In this document: positions 55,427 through 64,000 of the stretch, piece by piece
Numbering within the stretch: the stretch's first letter is position 1
Layout: each line of letters starts with the position of its first letter
Source of the DNA: Candidatus Omnitrophota bacterium
GTDB taxonomy: Bacteria; Omnitrophota; Gorgyraeia; 1-14-0-20-64-10
Direction of reading: 5' to 3'
Assembly: GCA_023248155.1 (NCBI GenBank)
Contig: JAHFFE010000003.1
Coordinates: forward strand, 212,159-276,158
Length of the DNA stretch: 64,000 nt
Position numbers and translations under genes: made by a program
The notes under the pieces: generated by a model
The model's database searches: none
Told to the model about the DNA's origin: nothing
Seen by the model: only the letters and a program-made list of their open reading frames with translations

Positions 55427-56767
55427 CTACCGGCGCCCACGCACCCGGCCCTGACCCAAAAATCCTTCGTAGTTGCGCGTCAACAAAAACGATTCCATCT
55501 GCCGGATCGTATCCAGCAAAACACCCACGATGATCAGCAAGCTGGTTCCGCCGAAGAAGCTGGCCACCAGCGCCGGGATTCCCAGCCATCGGCCGATAAA
55601 ATCAGGTAACACCGCCAGAATCGCCAGAAAAATGGCGCCCGGTAGCGTAATGCGCGTTAACAACCGGTCGAAAAATTCCGCCGTCGGCCGGCCAGGCCGT
55701 ACACCCGGAATAAAACCGCCAAACTTCTTCATGTTGTCGGCGACATCCACCGGATTAAACGCAATAGCCGTGTAGAAATAAGCAAAAAAGACAATCAGCG
55801 TCGAATATAAAATCGTGTACAGCCACTGCCCGCGCGTCAGCCAGTGCGCGACCTTGCCCAAAAATCCGATTCCGGTAAATGCCGCCAGCGTCGCCGGAAA
55901 CATAATGATCGACTGCGCGAAAATAATCGGCATCACGCCGGCGTGGTTCACGCGGATCGGAATGTAGGTCGACTGGCCTCCATAGACCTTGCGACCGACC
56001 ATCCGCCGCGCGTACTGCACCGGAACACGCCGCTGTCCCTGCGTAATCGCCACGACGGCCATCACGACGATAATCAGCATCGCCAACATCACCACCAATG
56101 TGATCGGCTGAATCTGCCTCTGCCCGCCGACCGAAAGCATTACCAGCTGATGTACGGCGGTCGGCAAACGCGACACGATACCGGCCGTGATCAAGATCGA
56201 CATACCGTTGCCAATGCCCAGCGCCGTAATCTGCTCGCCCAGCCACATGATAAAAGCAGTTCCGCTGGCCAGCGTAATGATCGTCAATAAACGAAAACCC
56301 CATCCGGGATCCTGCACCATCAAAACACCGTTAAAGCTGTGCGGGTTCTCCAGCCAAAGGCTGATAAAGAACGCCTGCAAAATACCCAGCCCGATTGTCA
56401 AATAGCGCGAATACTGGTTGATATTCCGGCGGCCGATCTCGCCATCTTCCTTGGCCATCTGTTCCAACCGCGGAATCACAACCACCAGCAACTGCATAAT
56501 GATCGACGCCGAAATTGCCGGCATGATGCCCAGCGCGAAAATCGTCATCTGCGATAATCCGCCGCCGCTGAACAGGTCCATGACCGTGAACAGCGTGCCG
56601 CCCATCTGCTGGCCCATCCGCTCAAAGAACGCTTTCAGCGACTGAACGTCAACGCCCGGAACCGGAATAAATCCGCCGAAACGGTACACGGCCATCAGCC
56701 CCAGCGTAATCAACAAACGACGCCGGAGTTCCGGAATCTTAAAACTGTTGAAGAGGGCTTTGAACAT
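55427..56767 (-). CDS. secY: Preprotein translocase subunit SecY
   Basis: 10-TM SecY fold. It sits between rplO and adk. Confidence 0.95.
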   Translation of the reverse strand: MFKALFNSFKIPELRRRLLITLGLMAVYRFGGFIPVPGVDVQSLKAFFERMGQQMGGTLFTVMDLFSGGGLSQMTIFALGIMPAISASIIMQLLVVVIPRLEQMAKEDGEIGRRNINQYSRYLTIGLGILQAFFISLWLENPHSFNGVLMVQDPGWGFRLLTIITLASGTAFIMWLGEQITALGIGNGMSILITAGIVSRLPTAVHQLVMLSVGGQRQIQPITLVVMLAMLIIVVMAVVAITQGQRRVPVQYARRMVGRKVYGGQSTYIPIRVNHAGVMPIIFAQSIIMFPATLAAFTGIGFLGKVAHWLTRGQWLYTILYSTLIVFFAYFYTAIAFNPVDVADNMKKFGGFIPGVRPGRPTAEFFDRLLTRITLPGAIFLAILAVLPDFIGRWLGIPALVASFFGGTSLLIIVGVLLDTIRQMESFLLTRNYEGFLGQGRVRGRR

Positions 56768-57210
56768 TAAGCGATCTGTTCGACCGTTCCGCCTGCCTTG
56801 GAAATTTTCTCCAGCGCGGATTTGGAAAACGAATTCGCTTTAACGGTCAGCTTTTTCGTCAAATCCCCGTTGCCCAGAATTTTCACTGAAAAACGGGAGG
56901 CTGAAATCAAACCGCTCTGCGCCATCAACGTCGGATCGACGACCGATCCGGCCGGAAAACGGTTCAATGATTCAATGTTCACCACCTGGATCGGCTCGGC
57001 CTGATGCGCATGAAAACCGCGCTTCGGAATCCGGCGAACGAGCGGCATCTGACCGCCTTCAAAACCAGGACGATGCGTAAATCCGGAACGGGATTTCTGT
57101 CCCTTGTTTCCGCGGCCTGATGTTTTGCCATGCCCGGACGATTCTCCAAAACCCAGCCGTTTCTTGGAATGAGTCGCTCCCTTGGGAGCATGCTGATCGC
57201 TCAGTCTCAT
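56767..57210 (-). CDS. rplO: 50S ribosomal protein L15
   Basis: GRGNKGQKSRSG. Confidence 0.9.
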   Translation of the reverse strand: MRLSDQHAPKGATHSKKRLGFGESSGHGKTSGRGNKGQKSRSGFTHRPGFEGGQMPLVRRIPKRGFHAHQAEPIQVVNIESLNRFPAGSVVDPTLMAQSGLISASRFSVKILGNGDLTKKLTVKANSFSKSALEKISKAGGTVEQIA

Positions 57211-57779
57211 GAGACTTCCTCCATGTCGGCATGGCGGCGCGCGATAATCACTTCCGGAGTTTCCATTCCCTGAAGACCGACCATCGTGGCGCGAACCACA
57301 TTCACCAGATTGTCCGAACCCAGCGACTTGGCCAAAATGTTTTTAATACCGGCCGCATCGCAAACCGCGCGCACGGTACCTCCGGCGATAACGCCGGTAC
57401 CGGGAGCCGCCGGCTTCAATAAAATACGGGACGCGGAATATTCACCGATCGCTTCGTGCGGAATGGTGCCCGCCTTCAAATTGACGCGGAACATCTGCTT
57501 GCGCGCCTGCATCAACCCTTTGCGGATCGCGTCGGACACTTCGTTGGCTTTGCCCAGCGCCCATCCGACCTGACCCTTCGCATCGCCGACAATCACCAGC
57601 GCGCTGAACGACATTTTCTTGCCGCCCTTCGTCACTTTCGCGACGCGGTTGATCGCCACGACTTTTTCAACAAACGGGTTCAGATCCTTCGCATCGGCAG
57701 CCCCGCCATCGCGAGAACCACCGCGGCCCGGACCGCCGCCGCGCCCACCCCTGGAACCACCTCTTGGTGCTGGACTCAT
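57207..57779 (-). CDS. rpsE: 30S ribosomal protein S5
   Basis: Gly/Arg-rich N-terminus followed by the S5 dsRBD. It overlaps rplO, with no L30 gene in between. Confidence 0.95.
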   Translation of the reverse strand: MSPAPRGGSRGGRGGGPGRGGSRDGGAADAKDLNPFVEKVVAINRVAKVTKGGKKMSFSALVIVGDAKGQVGWALGKANEVSDAIRKGLMQARKQMFRVNLKAGTIPHEAIGEYSASRILLKPAAPGTGVIAGGTVRAVCDAAGIKNILAKSLGSDNLVNVVRATMVGLQGMETPEVIIARRHADMEEVS

Positions 57780-58144
57780 AGATCAAGACCTTTTTGTCGT
57801 GCGGCATCGGCCAGCGCTTTAATCCGGCCATGATACATGTACCCGCCGCGGTCAAAAACCACTTTCTTAATTCCGGCCGAGAGCGCCGATTCAGCGACGC
57901 GCTCGCCCAACAGTTTGGCAGCGTCCAGATTGCCGCCTTTTTTACTCTTCTTGCGAAATTCAGGATCCATCGTCGAAACCGACAGCAGCGTCTTGCCCGC
58001 CAGATCATCCACGATCTGCGCGTACATATTCAAATGGCTCCGGTGAATCACCAGGCGAGGCCGCTCCACGGTCCCACTCACCTTCTTGCGAAGGCGGATA
58101 TGCCGGCGCTTGCGCTGTGCTTCACCCTGTTGTGTCGTTGACAT
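57776..58144 (-). CDS. rplR: 50S ribosomal protein L18
   Basis: [20 protein letters not shown]. Confidence 0.95.
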   Translation of the reverse strand: MSTTQQGEAQRKRRHIRLRKKVSGTVERPRLVIHRSHLNMYAQIVDDLAGKTLLSVSTMDPEFRKKSKKGGNLDAAKLLGERVAESALSAGIKKVVFDRGGYMYHGRIKALADAARQKGLDL

Positions 58145-58145
58145 G

Positions 58146-58682
58146 TTAAGCCACCGCCTTCCCCGCCTTGCGGCGGATCACTTCGCCCTGATACTTGATG
58201 CCTTTTCCCTTGTACGGTTCAGGCTTGGCAAACGCGCGAATCCGCGCGGCCACCTGACCGACCAATTGCTTGTCGATTCCCTTGACGATCAACTGCGTCG
58301 GCTTCGGCGCATCGACCGTGATTCCCGCAGGAATCATATACACCACCGGATGCGTGAACCCGACGAACATTTCCAGTTTATTGGCGGCAACACTGGCGCG
58401 GTAACCAACGCCCGAAAGCTCCAATTCCTTCGAATAGCCTTCCAAAACACCGGTAATCATGTTCTGGACCAGCGTCCGGTGAAGTCCATGCAGCGCGCCG
58501 GTCTGCGGATCATCGGAAACCGCTTTAACGATGAAGCCGGTATCGGTCTTCTCAAACGCCAGCTGCGCCGGAATTTCGTGCGAAAGTTTTCCCTTCGGAC
58601 CTTCCACCGAAATGGTATTGCCCTGAATCTGAATCTTCGCCTGTGCCGGAACTACAATGGGTACTTTTCCTACGCGTGACAT
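58146..58682 (-). CDS. rplF: 50S ribosomal protein L6
   Basis: [18 protein letters not shown]. Confidence 0.95.
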   Translation of the reverse strand: MSRVGKVPIVVPAQAKIQIQGNTISVEGPKGKLSHEIPAQLAFEKTDTGFIVKAVSDDPQTGALHGLHRTLVQNMITGVLEGYSKELELSGVGYRASVAANKLEMFVGFTHPVVYMIPAGITVDAPKPTQLIVKGIDKQLVGQVAARIRAFAKPEPYKGKGIKYQGEVIRRKAGKAVA

Positions 58683-58700
58683 GGTTTTAAATCCTCATCC

Positions 58701-59102
58701 TTACCAAATGGTACAAATGACTTCGCCGCCCACGCCCTGCAGTCGCGCCTGCGTGTCGGTCAACACTCCCTTGGGAGTGGTCAAGATGGCCATTCCAATG
58801 CCCGAAAGAACCTTCTTCAGATCGCCCTTGCCTTTATAGATGCGCAGACCCGGCTTTGAAACCCGGCGGATATGCCGTAAAATCGGTTTGCGGTCTTTCG
58901 TATATTTCAAATAAATGCGCAGCGTTCCCTGCGGAGTTCCTTCCTCGACCAGGCGCCAGTTCTGAACGAACCCTTCGTCCTTGATGCACTCAACGATGGC
59001 AGATCCCAGCTTCGACGCTTTCACGTCGACCTGCGCCTTGCCGGCGCGGCTCGCGTTGCGGATCGCAACCAACATATCTCCAATCGGATCAGACTGACTC
59101 AT
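58701..59102 (-). CDS. rpsH: 30S ribosomal protein S8
   Basis: MSQSDPIGDMLVAIRNA at the internal ATG, 1 nt after the S14 stop. Confidence 0.9.
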   Translation of the reverse strand: MSQSDPIGDMLVAIRNASRAGKAQVDVKASKLGSAIVECIKDEGFVQNWRLVEEGTPQGTLRIYLKYTKDRKPILRHIRRVSKPGLRIYKGKGDLKKVLSGIGMAILTTPKGVLTDTQARLQGVGGEVICTIW

Positions 59103-59103
59103 A

Positions 59104-59292
59104 TTACCAGCTCGCTTTCGTGACACCCGGGATTTCGGCCCGGTGCGCTAATTCCCGGAAACAAATCCGGCACAGTTGAAATTTACGGTAGGTTCCGCGC
59201 GCCCGTCCGCACCGCGCACAGCGCTGATTGGTGCGGCTGCGGAAAGCCTGCTTCACGCGCTTCGATCGATTCCACTGGGCTGTTGTAGCCAT
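59104..59292 (-). CDS. rpsZ: 30S ribosomal protein S14 type Z (zinc-binding, 61 aa)
   Basis: CARCGR...CRICFR. Confidence 0.9.
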   Translation of the reverse strand: MATTAQWNRSKRVKQAFRSRTNQRCARCGRARGTYRKFQLCRICFRELAHRAEIPGVTKASW

Positions 59293-59876
59293 TAAACTTG
59301 CTCCTTAAAAGGCATTCCCAGAGACTTCAGCAATTGCATCGCTTCATCACGGGATTTTGCAGTCGTACAAATGGTGACATCCATTCCCTGCGTCCGGGAA
59401 ACCTTGTCGTATTCAATCTCGGGAAAAATCAGCTGCTCGTTCAACCCGAACGAGAAATTGCCGCCCTCGTCAAATCCCTTGCGGGCATCCACGCCGCGAA
59501 AGTCGCGGATACGCGGCATCGCAACCGAAACGAGCCGGTCAAAAAATTCGTACATGCGGTAACGGCGCAGCGTCACTTTGACTCCGATCGGCTGCCCTTG
59601 TCTCAGTTTAAAGTTGGAGATCGCTTTCTTCGCGCGCGTAATAACCGGCTTCTGTCCGGCGATCAGCGCCATCTCTTCGGCGGCTTTTTCCACCAGCTTG
59701 ATATCCTGCGAAGCGGCTCCGACGCCCATGTTCAAAACGATTTTATCCAGCTTCGGAGACTGCATCGCGTTCTTGTATCCGAATTTCTTGGCCAGCTCCG
59801 GAGCGATCGTTTTGCGATACTGCTCGAGCAAGCGCGGAACTTCCAGCTTTACGGCCGGTTTCGCTGCGGTAGCCAT
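59292..59876 (-). CDS. rplE: 50S ribosomal protein L5
   Basis: [20 protein letters not shown]...LNMGVG. The internal ATG lies 2 nt after the rplX stop. Confidence 0.9.
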   Translation of the reverse strand: MATAAKPAVKLEVPRLLEQYRKTIAPELAKKFGYKNAMQSPKLDKIVLNMGVGAASQDIKLVEKAAEEMALIAGQKPVITRAKKAISNFKLRQGQPIGVKVTLRRYRMYEFFDRLVSVAMPRIRDFRGVDARKGFDEGGNFSFGLNEQLIFPEIEYDKVSRTQGMDVTICTTAKSRDEAMQLLKSLGMPFKEQV

Positions 59877-59878
59877 GA

Positions 59879-60190
59879 TTAAAAACCCTCCCCGCATTTG
59901 CGGCAGACGCGGCTCTTCGAACCGTCATTGGCCGTTTTGAAACCGACGCGCACGCCCTGGTTGCACTTCGGGCAGACCGGCATCACACGATCCAGCGGAA
60001 GACGGCTCTCTTTGCTGATAATCGCGCCCTGCGGATTTTCTTGCGATTTGCGCATCGTCTTCTTCACAAGGTTCAACCCCTCAACAATGACTTTGCCTTC
60101 ATCCGGAAATATCTTACGAACCTTCGCTTTCTTGCCGCGGTCCTTTCCGGAAATCACCACTACTTGATCATCACGCTTAACTCGAAACAT
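59879..60190 (-). CDS. rplX: 50S ribosomal protein L24 (C-terminal half carries a Cys4 motif)
   Basis: [20 protein letters not shown] is the KOW motif. The C-terminus has CPKC...CRKC. Confidence 0.9.
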   Translation of the reverse strand: MFRVKRDDQVVVISGKDRGKKAKVRKIFPDEGKVIVEGLNLVKKTMRKSQENPQGAIISKESRLPLDRVMPVCPKCNQGVRVGFKTANDGSKSRVCRKCGEGF

Positions 60191-60193
60191 GGC

Positions 60194-60562
60194 TTAAATG
60201 GCCTCCGGGGCCAGTGAAATAATTTTGGTAAAATTTCGTTCGCGCAACTCCCGGGCTACCGGCCCGAAAATACGGGTGCCCCGGGGATTATTCTGAGCGT
60301 CAATCAACACGACCGCGTTGGCATCGAACCGGATCGATGATCCGTCGTTCCGGCGCACCGGGAACTTCGTCCGGACTACCACCGCCTTGGCCACTTCCCC
60401 TTTTTTGATCGGAGAATCCGGCGTGACTTCTTTCACATTGACGGTGATCACATCGCCAACCTCGGCCCATAATTTTCCGTGGCCGCCGACCACACCGATC
60501 ATCGACGCCTTGCGAGCGCCGCTGTTATCGGCAATTTCCAAGATAGTCCGCAGAGAAATCAT
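60194..60562 (-). CDS. rplN: 50S ribosomal protein L14
   Basis: [18 protein letters not shown]. Confidence 0.95.
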   Translation of the reverse strand: MISLRTILEIADNSGARKASMIGVVGGHGKLWAEVGDVITVNVKEVTPDSPIKKGEVAKAVVVRTKFPVRRNDGSSIRFDANAVVLIDAQNNPRGTRIFGPVARELRERNFTKIISLAPEAI

Positions 60563-60574
60563 CGAAGAATCTCC

Positions 60575-60850
60575 TTATTCCGCCAGCTCAGGACTGCTGC
60601 GAACGACTTCCAGCAGCCGCCAGCGCTTGTCCTTCGAAATCGGACGAGTTTGCTCAATGCGCACTTCATCGCCCACGCGGGTTTTGATGCCGACATTGTG
60701 CACTTTGAATTTCTTCGCGCGCCGAACGACGCGCTGATAAGTCGGGTGCCGCACCAGCCGGACCACGCGAACCACCAGCGTGTCCTTCATCTTGTCCGAC
60801 ACAACCACACCCACCATCTGCTTGTACTGTTTTGTTGCTTGCTCGCTCAT
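60575..60850 (-). CDS. rpsQ: 30S ribosomal protein S17
   Basis: KQMVGVVVSDKMKDTLVVRV. Confidence 0.95.
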   Translation of the reverse strand: MSEQATKQYKQMVGVVVSDKMKDTLVVRVVRLVRHPTYQRVVRRAKKFKVHNVGIKTRVGDEVRIEQTRPISKDKRWRLLEVVRSSPELAE

Positions 60851-60864
60851 TAAAATTCCTCGGA

Positions 60865-61059
60865 TTACGCCTGGGTTGTTTTTTGCTTCAACGCCGTCAG
60901 CGCGCGCGCGACATCCTTGCGGATCTGCTTCGCCTTGTTCTGAACGGCCACTTTACCTTCGGCGCGCGCCATGCGCATATCAAATAGCTCCTTTTTTAAG
61001 GAACCTACCTTCTGTTTGAGCTCGTCGGCGCCCAATTCTTTAAATTCGGACGGTTTCAT
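60865..61059 (-). CDS. rpmC: 50S ribosomal protein L29
   Basis: MKPSEFKELGADELKQKVGSLKKELFDMR. The internal ATG lies 1 nt after the rplP stop. Confidence 0.9.
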   Translation of the reverse strand: MKPSEFKELGADELKQKVGSLKKELFDMRMARAEGKVAVQNKAKQIRKDVARALTALKQKTTQA

Positions 61060-61060
61060 C

Positions 61061-61477
61061 TTAAGCGGCCTCACGCGTAATAAAACGGGTTTTCAACGGC
61101 AGTTTGGCCGCGGCCAGACGGAACGCGGTTTTGGCCAAATCCTGCGGAATCCCTTCGATCTCAACCAAAATTTTCCCGCGGTGAACCACGGCCACCCAGG
61201 TATCAATATCGCCCTTACCTTTACCCTGACGGGTTTCGGCCGGCTTCTTGGTGACCGATTTATCCGGAAAAACGCGCAAGTAAACTTTGCCGCCGCGGCG
61301 GACATGCCGGGTCAGCGCCACGCGGGCCGCTTCAATCTGCGTATTGGTCAGCCAGCCGTTCTCAACGACCTGCAATCCAAATTCCCCGAACGACAGCGTC
61401 GCTCCGCGCGTTGCGATACCGCGGCGCTTGTTGCGTTGTGATTTTCGGTATTTAACCCGCTTCGGCATTAATGCCAT
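61061..61477 (-). CDS. rplP: 50S ribosomal protein L16
   Basis: [11 protein letters not shown]. The start is either at 61477 (a TAATG overlap with rpsC) or at 61468. Confidence 0.95.
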   Translation of the reverse strand: MALMPKRVKYRKSQRNKRRGIATRGATLSFGEFGLQVVENGWLTNTQIEAARVALTRHVRRGGKVYLRVFPDKSVTKKPAETRQGKGKGDIDTWVAVVHRGKILVEIEGIPQDLAKTAFRLAAAKLPLKTRFITREAA

Positions 61478-62181
61478 TAGCTTCGAGCCTCTGCCGGAGC
61501 ATCAGCCGGCTTCGCAGCCGCTGGGGTTTCATGAACCACCGGTTTCTTGGAGAGCGCGGCCGGTTCACTCTTGTGAACCCAGCATTTGACGCCAATCCGT
61601 CCGTACGTTGTTTTCGCTTCGGCGAATCCATAATCGATGTTGGCGCGGAAAGTGCCGAGAGGAATGCTGCCCTCGCGGTAGGTTTCAACGCGCGACATTT
61701 CAGCGCCGCCCAAACGACCGGCGCAGCGAATCTTGATGCCGAGCGCACCCGAGGTCATCCCGAGCTGCAGTGCCCGCTTCATCGCGCGGCGGAAACTGAC
61801 CTGCTTCTCCAGCTGAAACGCGATATTCGCGGCCACCAACTGCGCTTCCGCAGCCGGATTCTTGATCTCTTTGATATCGATGATGATTTCGCGCTTGGTC
61901 AGCAAATGCAGTTCGGTGCGCAGCCGGTCAATATCGGCGCCGCGCCGTCCGATGATTAAACCCGGGCGGGCCGAGAAAATAATCACGCGCACCTTGCTGG
62001 CGGTCCGTTCAATGTCAATGCGGGCAACCGCCGCGCTGGCCAATTCTTTTTCCAGCTTCAGGCGGATCTTCGCATCTTCGTTCACCAGCTGCCCAAAACC
62101 CTTGCGAGTCGAAAACCAGCGTGAACTCCAGGTCCGCGTAATTCCCAGTCGATTCGCAATCGGAGAAACTTTATGCCCCAC
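61477..62181 (-). CDS. rpsC: 30S ribosomal protein S3
   Basis: [22 protein letters not shown]. Confidence 0.95.
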   Translation of the reverse strand: MGHKVSPIANRLGITRTWSSRWFSTRKGFGQLVNEDAKIRLKLEKELASAAVARIDIERTASKVRVIIFSARPGLIIGRRGADIDRLRTELHLLTKREIIIDIKEIKNPAAEAQLVAANIAFQLEKQVSFRRAMKRALQLGMTSGALGIKIRCAGRLGGAEMSRVETYREGSIPLGTFRANIDYGFAEAKTTYGRIGVKCWVHKSEPAALSKKPVVHETPAAAKPADAPAEARS

Positions 62182-62191
62182 AGATCACTCC

Positions 62192-62530
62192 TTAACGCGC
62201 CTTCGCGTCCAGCTCGATCGTGACATGGCAGCTCTTCTTGTGAATCTGGGCTGCCCGTCCCATCGGAGCGGAGCGATATCGCTTCATCATCGGACCTTCA
62301 TCGGCCGACACATGTGAAATCACCAGTTGTCCGTCCGTCCACGACCCGTCACGCGTCGCGTTGGAAACAGCACTCTTCAAAACTTTGCTTAATGGAGCGC
62401 ACGCCGCTTTCGGCAGATTGGCCAACAGCGCCTGCGCCTGCGGAACACCAAGTCCCTTGATCATCCGCGCAACGAGCCGCATCTTCCGCGGCGCCACGCG
62501 CACAAAACGTCCTTTTGCCTTCGCAATCAT
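62192..62530 (-). CDS. rplV: 50S ribosomal protein L22
   Basis: VRVAPRKMRLVARMIKG. Confidence 0.95.
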   Translation of the reverse strand: MIAKAKGRFVRVAPRKMRLVARMIKGLGVPQAQALLANLPKAACAPLSKVLKSAVSNATRDGSWTDGQLVISHVSADEGPMMKRYRSAPMGRAAQIHKKSCHVTIELDAKAR

Positions 62531-62552
62531 TGGAGGTCCGTCCTAATAAAGT

Positions 62553-62840
62553 TTAGGTGGGAGAAGGAGGCTTCGTGACCCCCTTGACGCCGTGTTTCTT
62601 GAAGGTTCGCGTGGGAGAAAACTCGCCCAGCTTGTGACCCACCATGTTCTCGGTGACAAACACCGAGAGATGCTTGTTGCCGTTGTGCACCAAAAATGTC
62701 AATCCGATAAAATCCGGAATGATCGTCGAGCGGCGCGACCAGGTCTTGATCGGTTTGCGGTCTCCGGTCTTGACGACCTTGTCGACTTTCCGCATTAAAC
62801 TCGTGTCCACGAAAGGACCTTTTTTCGTTGATCGTCCCAT
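62553..62840 (-). CDS. rpsS: 30S ribosomal protein S19
   Basis: [12 protein letters not shown]. Confidence 0.95.
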   Translation of the reverse strand: MGRSTKKGPFVDTSLMRKVDKVVKTGDRKPIKTWSRRSTIIPDFIGLTFLVHNGNKHLSVFVTENMVGHKLGEFSPTRTFKKHGVKGVTKPPSPT

Positions 62841-62849
62841 AAAAAGCTA

Positions 62850-63677
62850 TTATCTCCGTCTCTTGACGATATACCGGTCGCTGGTTTTGCGCTTCTTGCG
62901 CGTCTTGAATCCCTTGGTATTCCATCCCCACGGAGAAACCGGGTGCGGATTTCCCTGCGGAGCTTTACCCTCGCCGCCGCCGTGCGGGTGATCATGCGGG
63001 TTCATCGCCACACCGCGCACCTTCGGCCGGCGTCCCAGCCAGCGCGAACGGCCCGCTTTACCGATCGAAATCGATCCATGATCCTCATTTCCGATCTGGC
63101 CGATGGTCGCGTAACAAACCAGCCGTACCTTGCGCATTTCTCCCGACGGAAGGCGCAGCGTCGCGAAATCGCCTTCTTTCGCCAGCAGCTGCGCGGAAGC
63201 TCCGGCCGAACGGACAATCTGCCCGCCTCGGCCCGGCTGTAATTCAATATTATGGATCAGCGTACCCAGCGGAATCGCCGAAAGCGGCAACGCGTTGCCC
63301 GGAGCGATCTCGGAATTGGGTCCGGCCATCACCTGCATGCCGGCGGAAAGTTCGCGCGGAGCGATAATGTAGGCGCGCTCTTTGTCCGGATATTCCAACA
63401 AAGCCAGGTGCGAAGAACGGTTCGGATCGTATTCCAGCGCAAGCACCTGCGCGACCACATCCCGCTTGTTTCGCTTAAAATCAATCAGCCGGATCATCCG
63501 TTTGTGTCCGCCGCCGATGTGGCGCATCGTCACGCGGCCGCGGTTATTGCGCCCGCCCGACTTGCGCAGAGGCACCAGCAGATTCTTCTCCGGTTCCTTC
63601 TTCGTCAAATTGCTGAAATCCGTGCTCGTCATATGACGACGCGACGGCGTATACGGCTTGTAGCTCTTCAGTCCCAT
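62850..63677 (-). CDS. rplB: 50S ribosomal protein L2
   Basis: [14 protein letters not shown]...GGGHKR. Confidence 0.95.
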   Translation of the reverse strand: MGLKSYKPYTPSRRHMTSTDFSNLTKKEPEKNLLVPLRKSGGRNNRGRVTMRHIGGGHKRMIRLIDFKRNKRDVVAQVLALEYDPNRSSHLALLEYPDKERAYIIAPRELSAGMQVMAGPNSEIAPGNALPLSAIPLGTLIHNIELQPGRGGQIVRSAGASAQLLAKEGDFATLRLPSGEMRKVRLVCYATIGQIGNEDHGSISIGKAGRSRWLGRRPKVRGVAMNPHDHPHGGGEGKAPQGNPHPVSPWGWNTKGFKTRKKRKTSDRYIVKRRR

Positions 63678-63678
63678 G

Positions 63679-63963
63679 TTATACCGCGACCTCGATTTTC
63701 GATCCTTCCGCCAGCGTCACGACCGCCCGCTTCCAATTGGGCTTCCATCCCCAGCGCGCGCCGACGCGGCGCGGCTTGCCGGGAAGAATCGTGGTGTTGA
63801 CATTGGCGACCTTTACCTTGAACAGTTCCTCCACGGAACGCTTAATCTCCGGCTTGGTCGCTTTCGAATCTACCTTGAAAAAATATTTTTTGTGGACACC
63901 CAGGCGGGTTCCCTTTTCCGTACGCATCAATTCCTTGACGATATCGGCCGCTGAGCGATTCAT
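63679..63963 (-). CDS. rplW: 50S ribosomal protein L23
   Basis: [18 protein letters not shown]. Confidence 0.95.
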   Translation of the reverse strand: MNRSAADIVKELMRTEKGTRLGVHKKYFFKVDSKATKPEIKRSVEELFKVKVANVNTTILPGKPRRVGARWGWKPNWKRAVVTLAEGSKIEVAV

Positions 63964-64000
63964 TTCGACAACTCCTCCAACACCTTAAGCGCGCCGGATG
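63960..64000 (-). CDS. rplD: 50S ribosomal protein L4, C-terminal fragment at the window edge
   Basis: The frame ends ...[12 protein letters not shown] with a TGA that overlaps the rplW ATG as ATGA. The position matches the S10 operon order. Confidence 0.6.
   Translation of the reverse strand, partial: SGALKVLEELSK

Noticed and set aside
1-64000. CRISPR arrays, IS elements or prophage
   Set aside because: No short regularly spaced direct repeats, no transposase or integrase-like ORFs and no phage structural genes were seen. The only repeat family found is the two-copy structured element.

Overview
This is a GC-rich bacterial chromosomal window from a diderm organism. Lipid A acyltransferase, the heptose pathway (gmhA, hldE-C), TonB and a TonB-dependent receptor all point to an outer membrane. 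Almost every gene lies on the minus strand.

- **Core genes (minus strand).** The 3' end (50.7-64 kb) holds the S10/spc/alpha ribosomal operons. This block runs rplD (partial), rplW, rplB, rpsS, rplV, rpsC, rplP, rpmC, rpsQ, rplN, rplX, rplE, S14 type Z, rpsH, rplF, rplR and rpsE, then continues rplO, secY, adk, map, infA, rpmJ, rpsM, rpsK, rpsD, rpoA and rplQ. No L30 gene is present. The rest of the window is mostly housekeeping: ald, aroB, rnc, aroQ, efp, accBC, a PPi-type phosphofructokinase, gmhA, hldE-C, thiE, lipA, an isocitrate-dehydrogenase-family enzyme, aminotransferases and rmuC.
- **RNA and small genes.** There is one tRNA-Gly(CCC). Three small genes fall below the ORF-track cutoff: rpsU (S21), rpmJ (L36) and a Trm112/YcaR-like zinc-ribbon gene.
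- **Accessory or regulatory content.**
  - A c-di-GMP module: a tandem-REC response regulator, a 7TM HD-GYP phosphodiesterase and two PilZ proteins in one operon. A third stand-alone PilZ and a second GAF-HD-GYP protein lie elsewhere in the window.
  - A cobalamin riboswitch with its own intrinsic terminator. It controls a btuB-like TonB-dependent receptor, a DUF4430 lipoprotein, a small membrane protein and tonB.
  - Two copies of a structured inverted-repeat element, each placed immediately 3' of a minus-strand stop codon. The second copy sits inside about 400 nt of unexplained GC-rich non-coding sequence.
  - A tightly coupled M23 peptidase-ATPase-HIT-dGTPase operon.
  - A 1033-aa UvrD-like helicase fused to a PD-(D/E)XK nuclease.
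  - An ExeA/GspB-like pair with no visible type II secretion system.

No CRISPR array, transposase or prophage was seen. Several start codons are ambiguous. The ORF track counts GTG and TTG as starts and includes the stop codon in each coordinate range.
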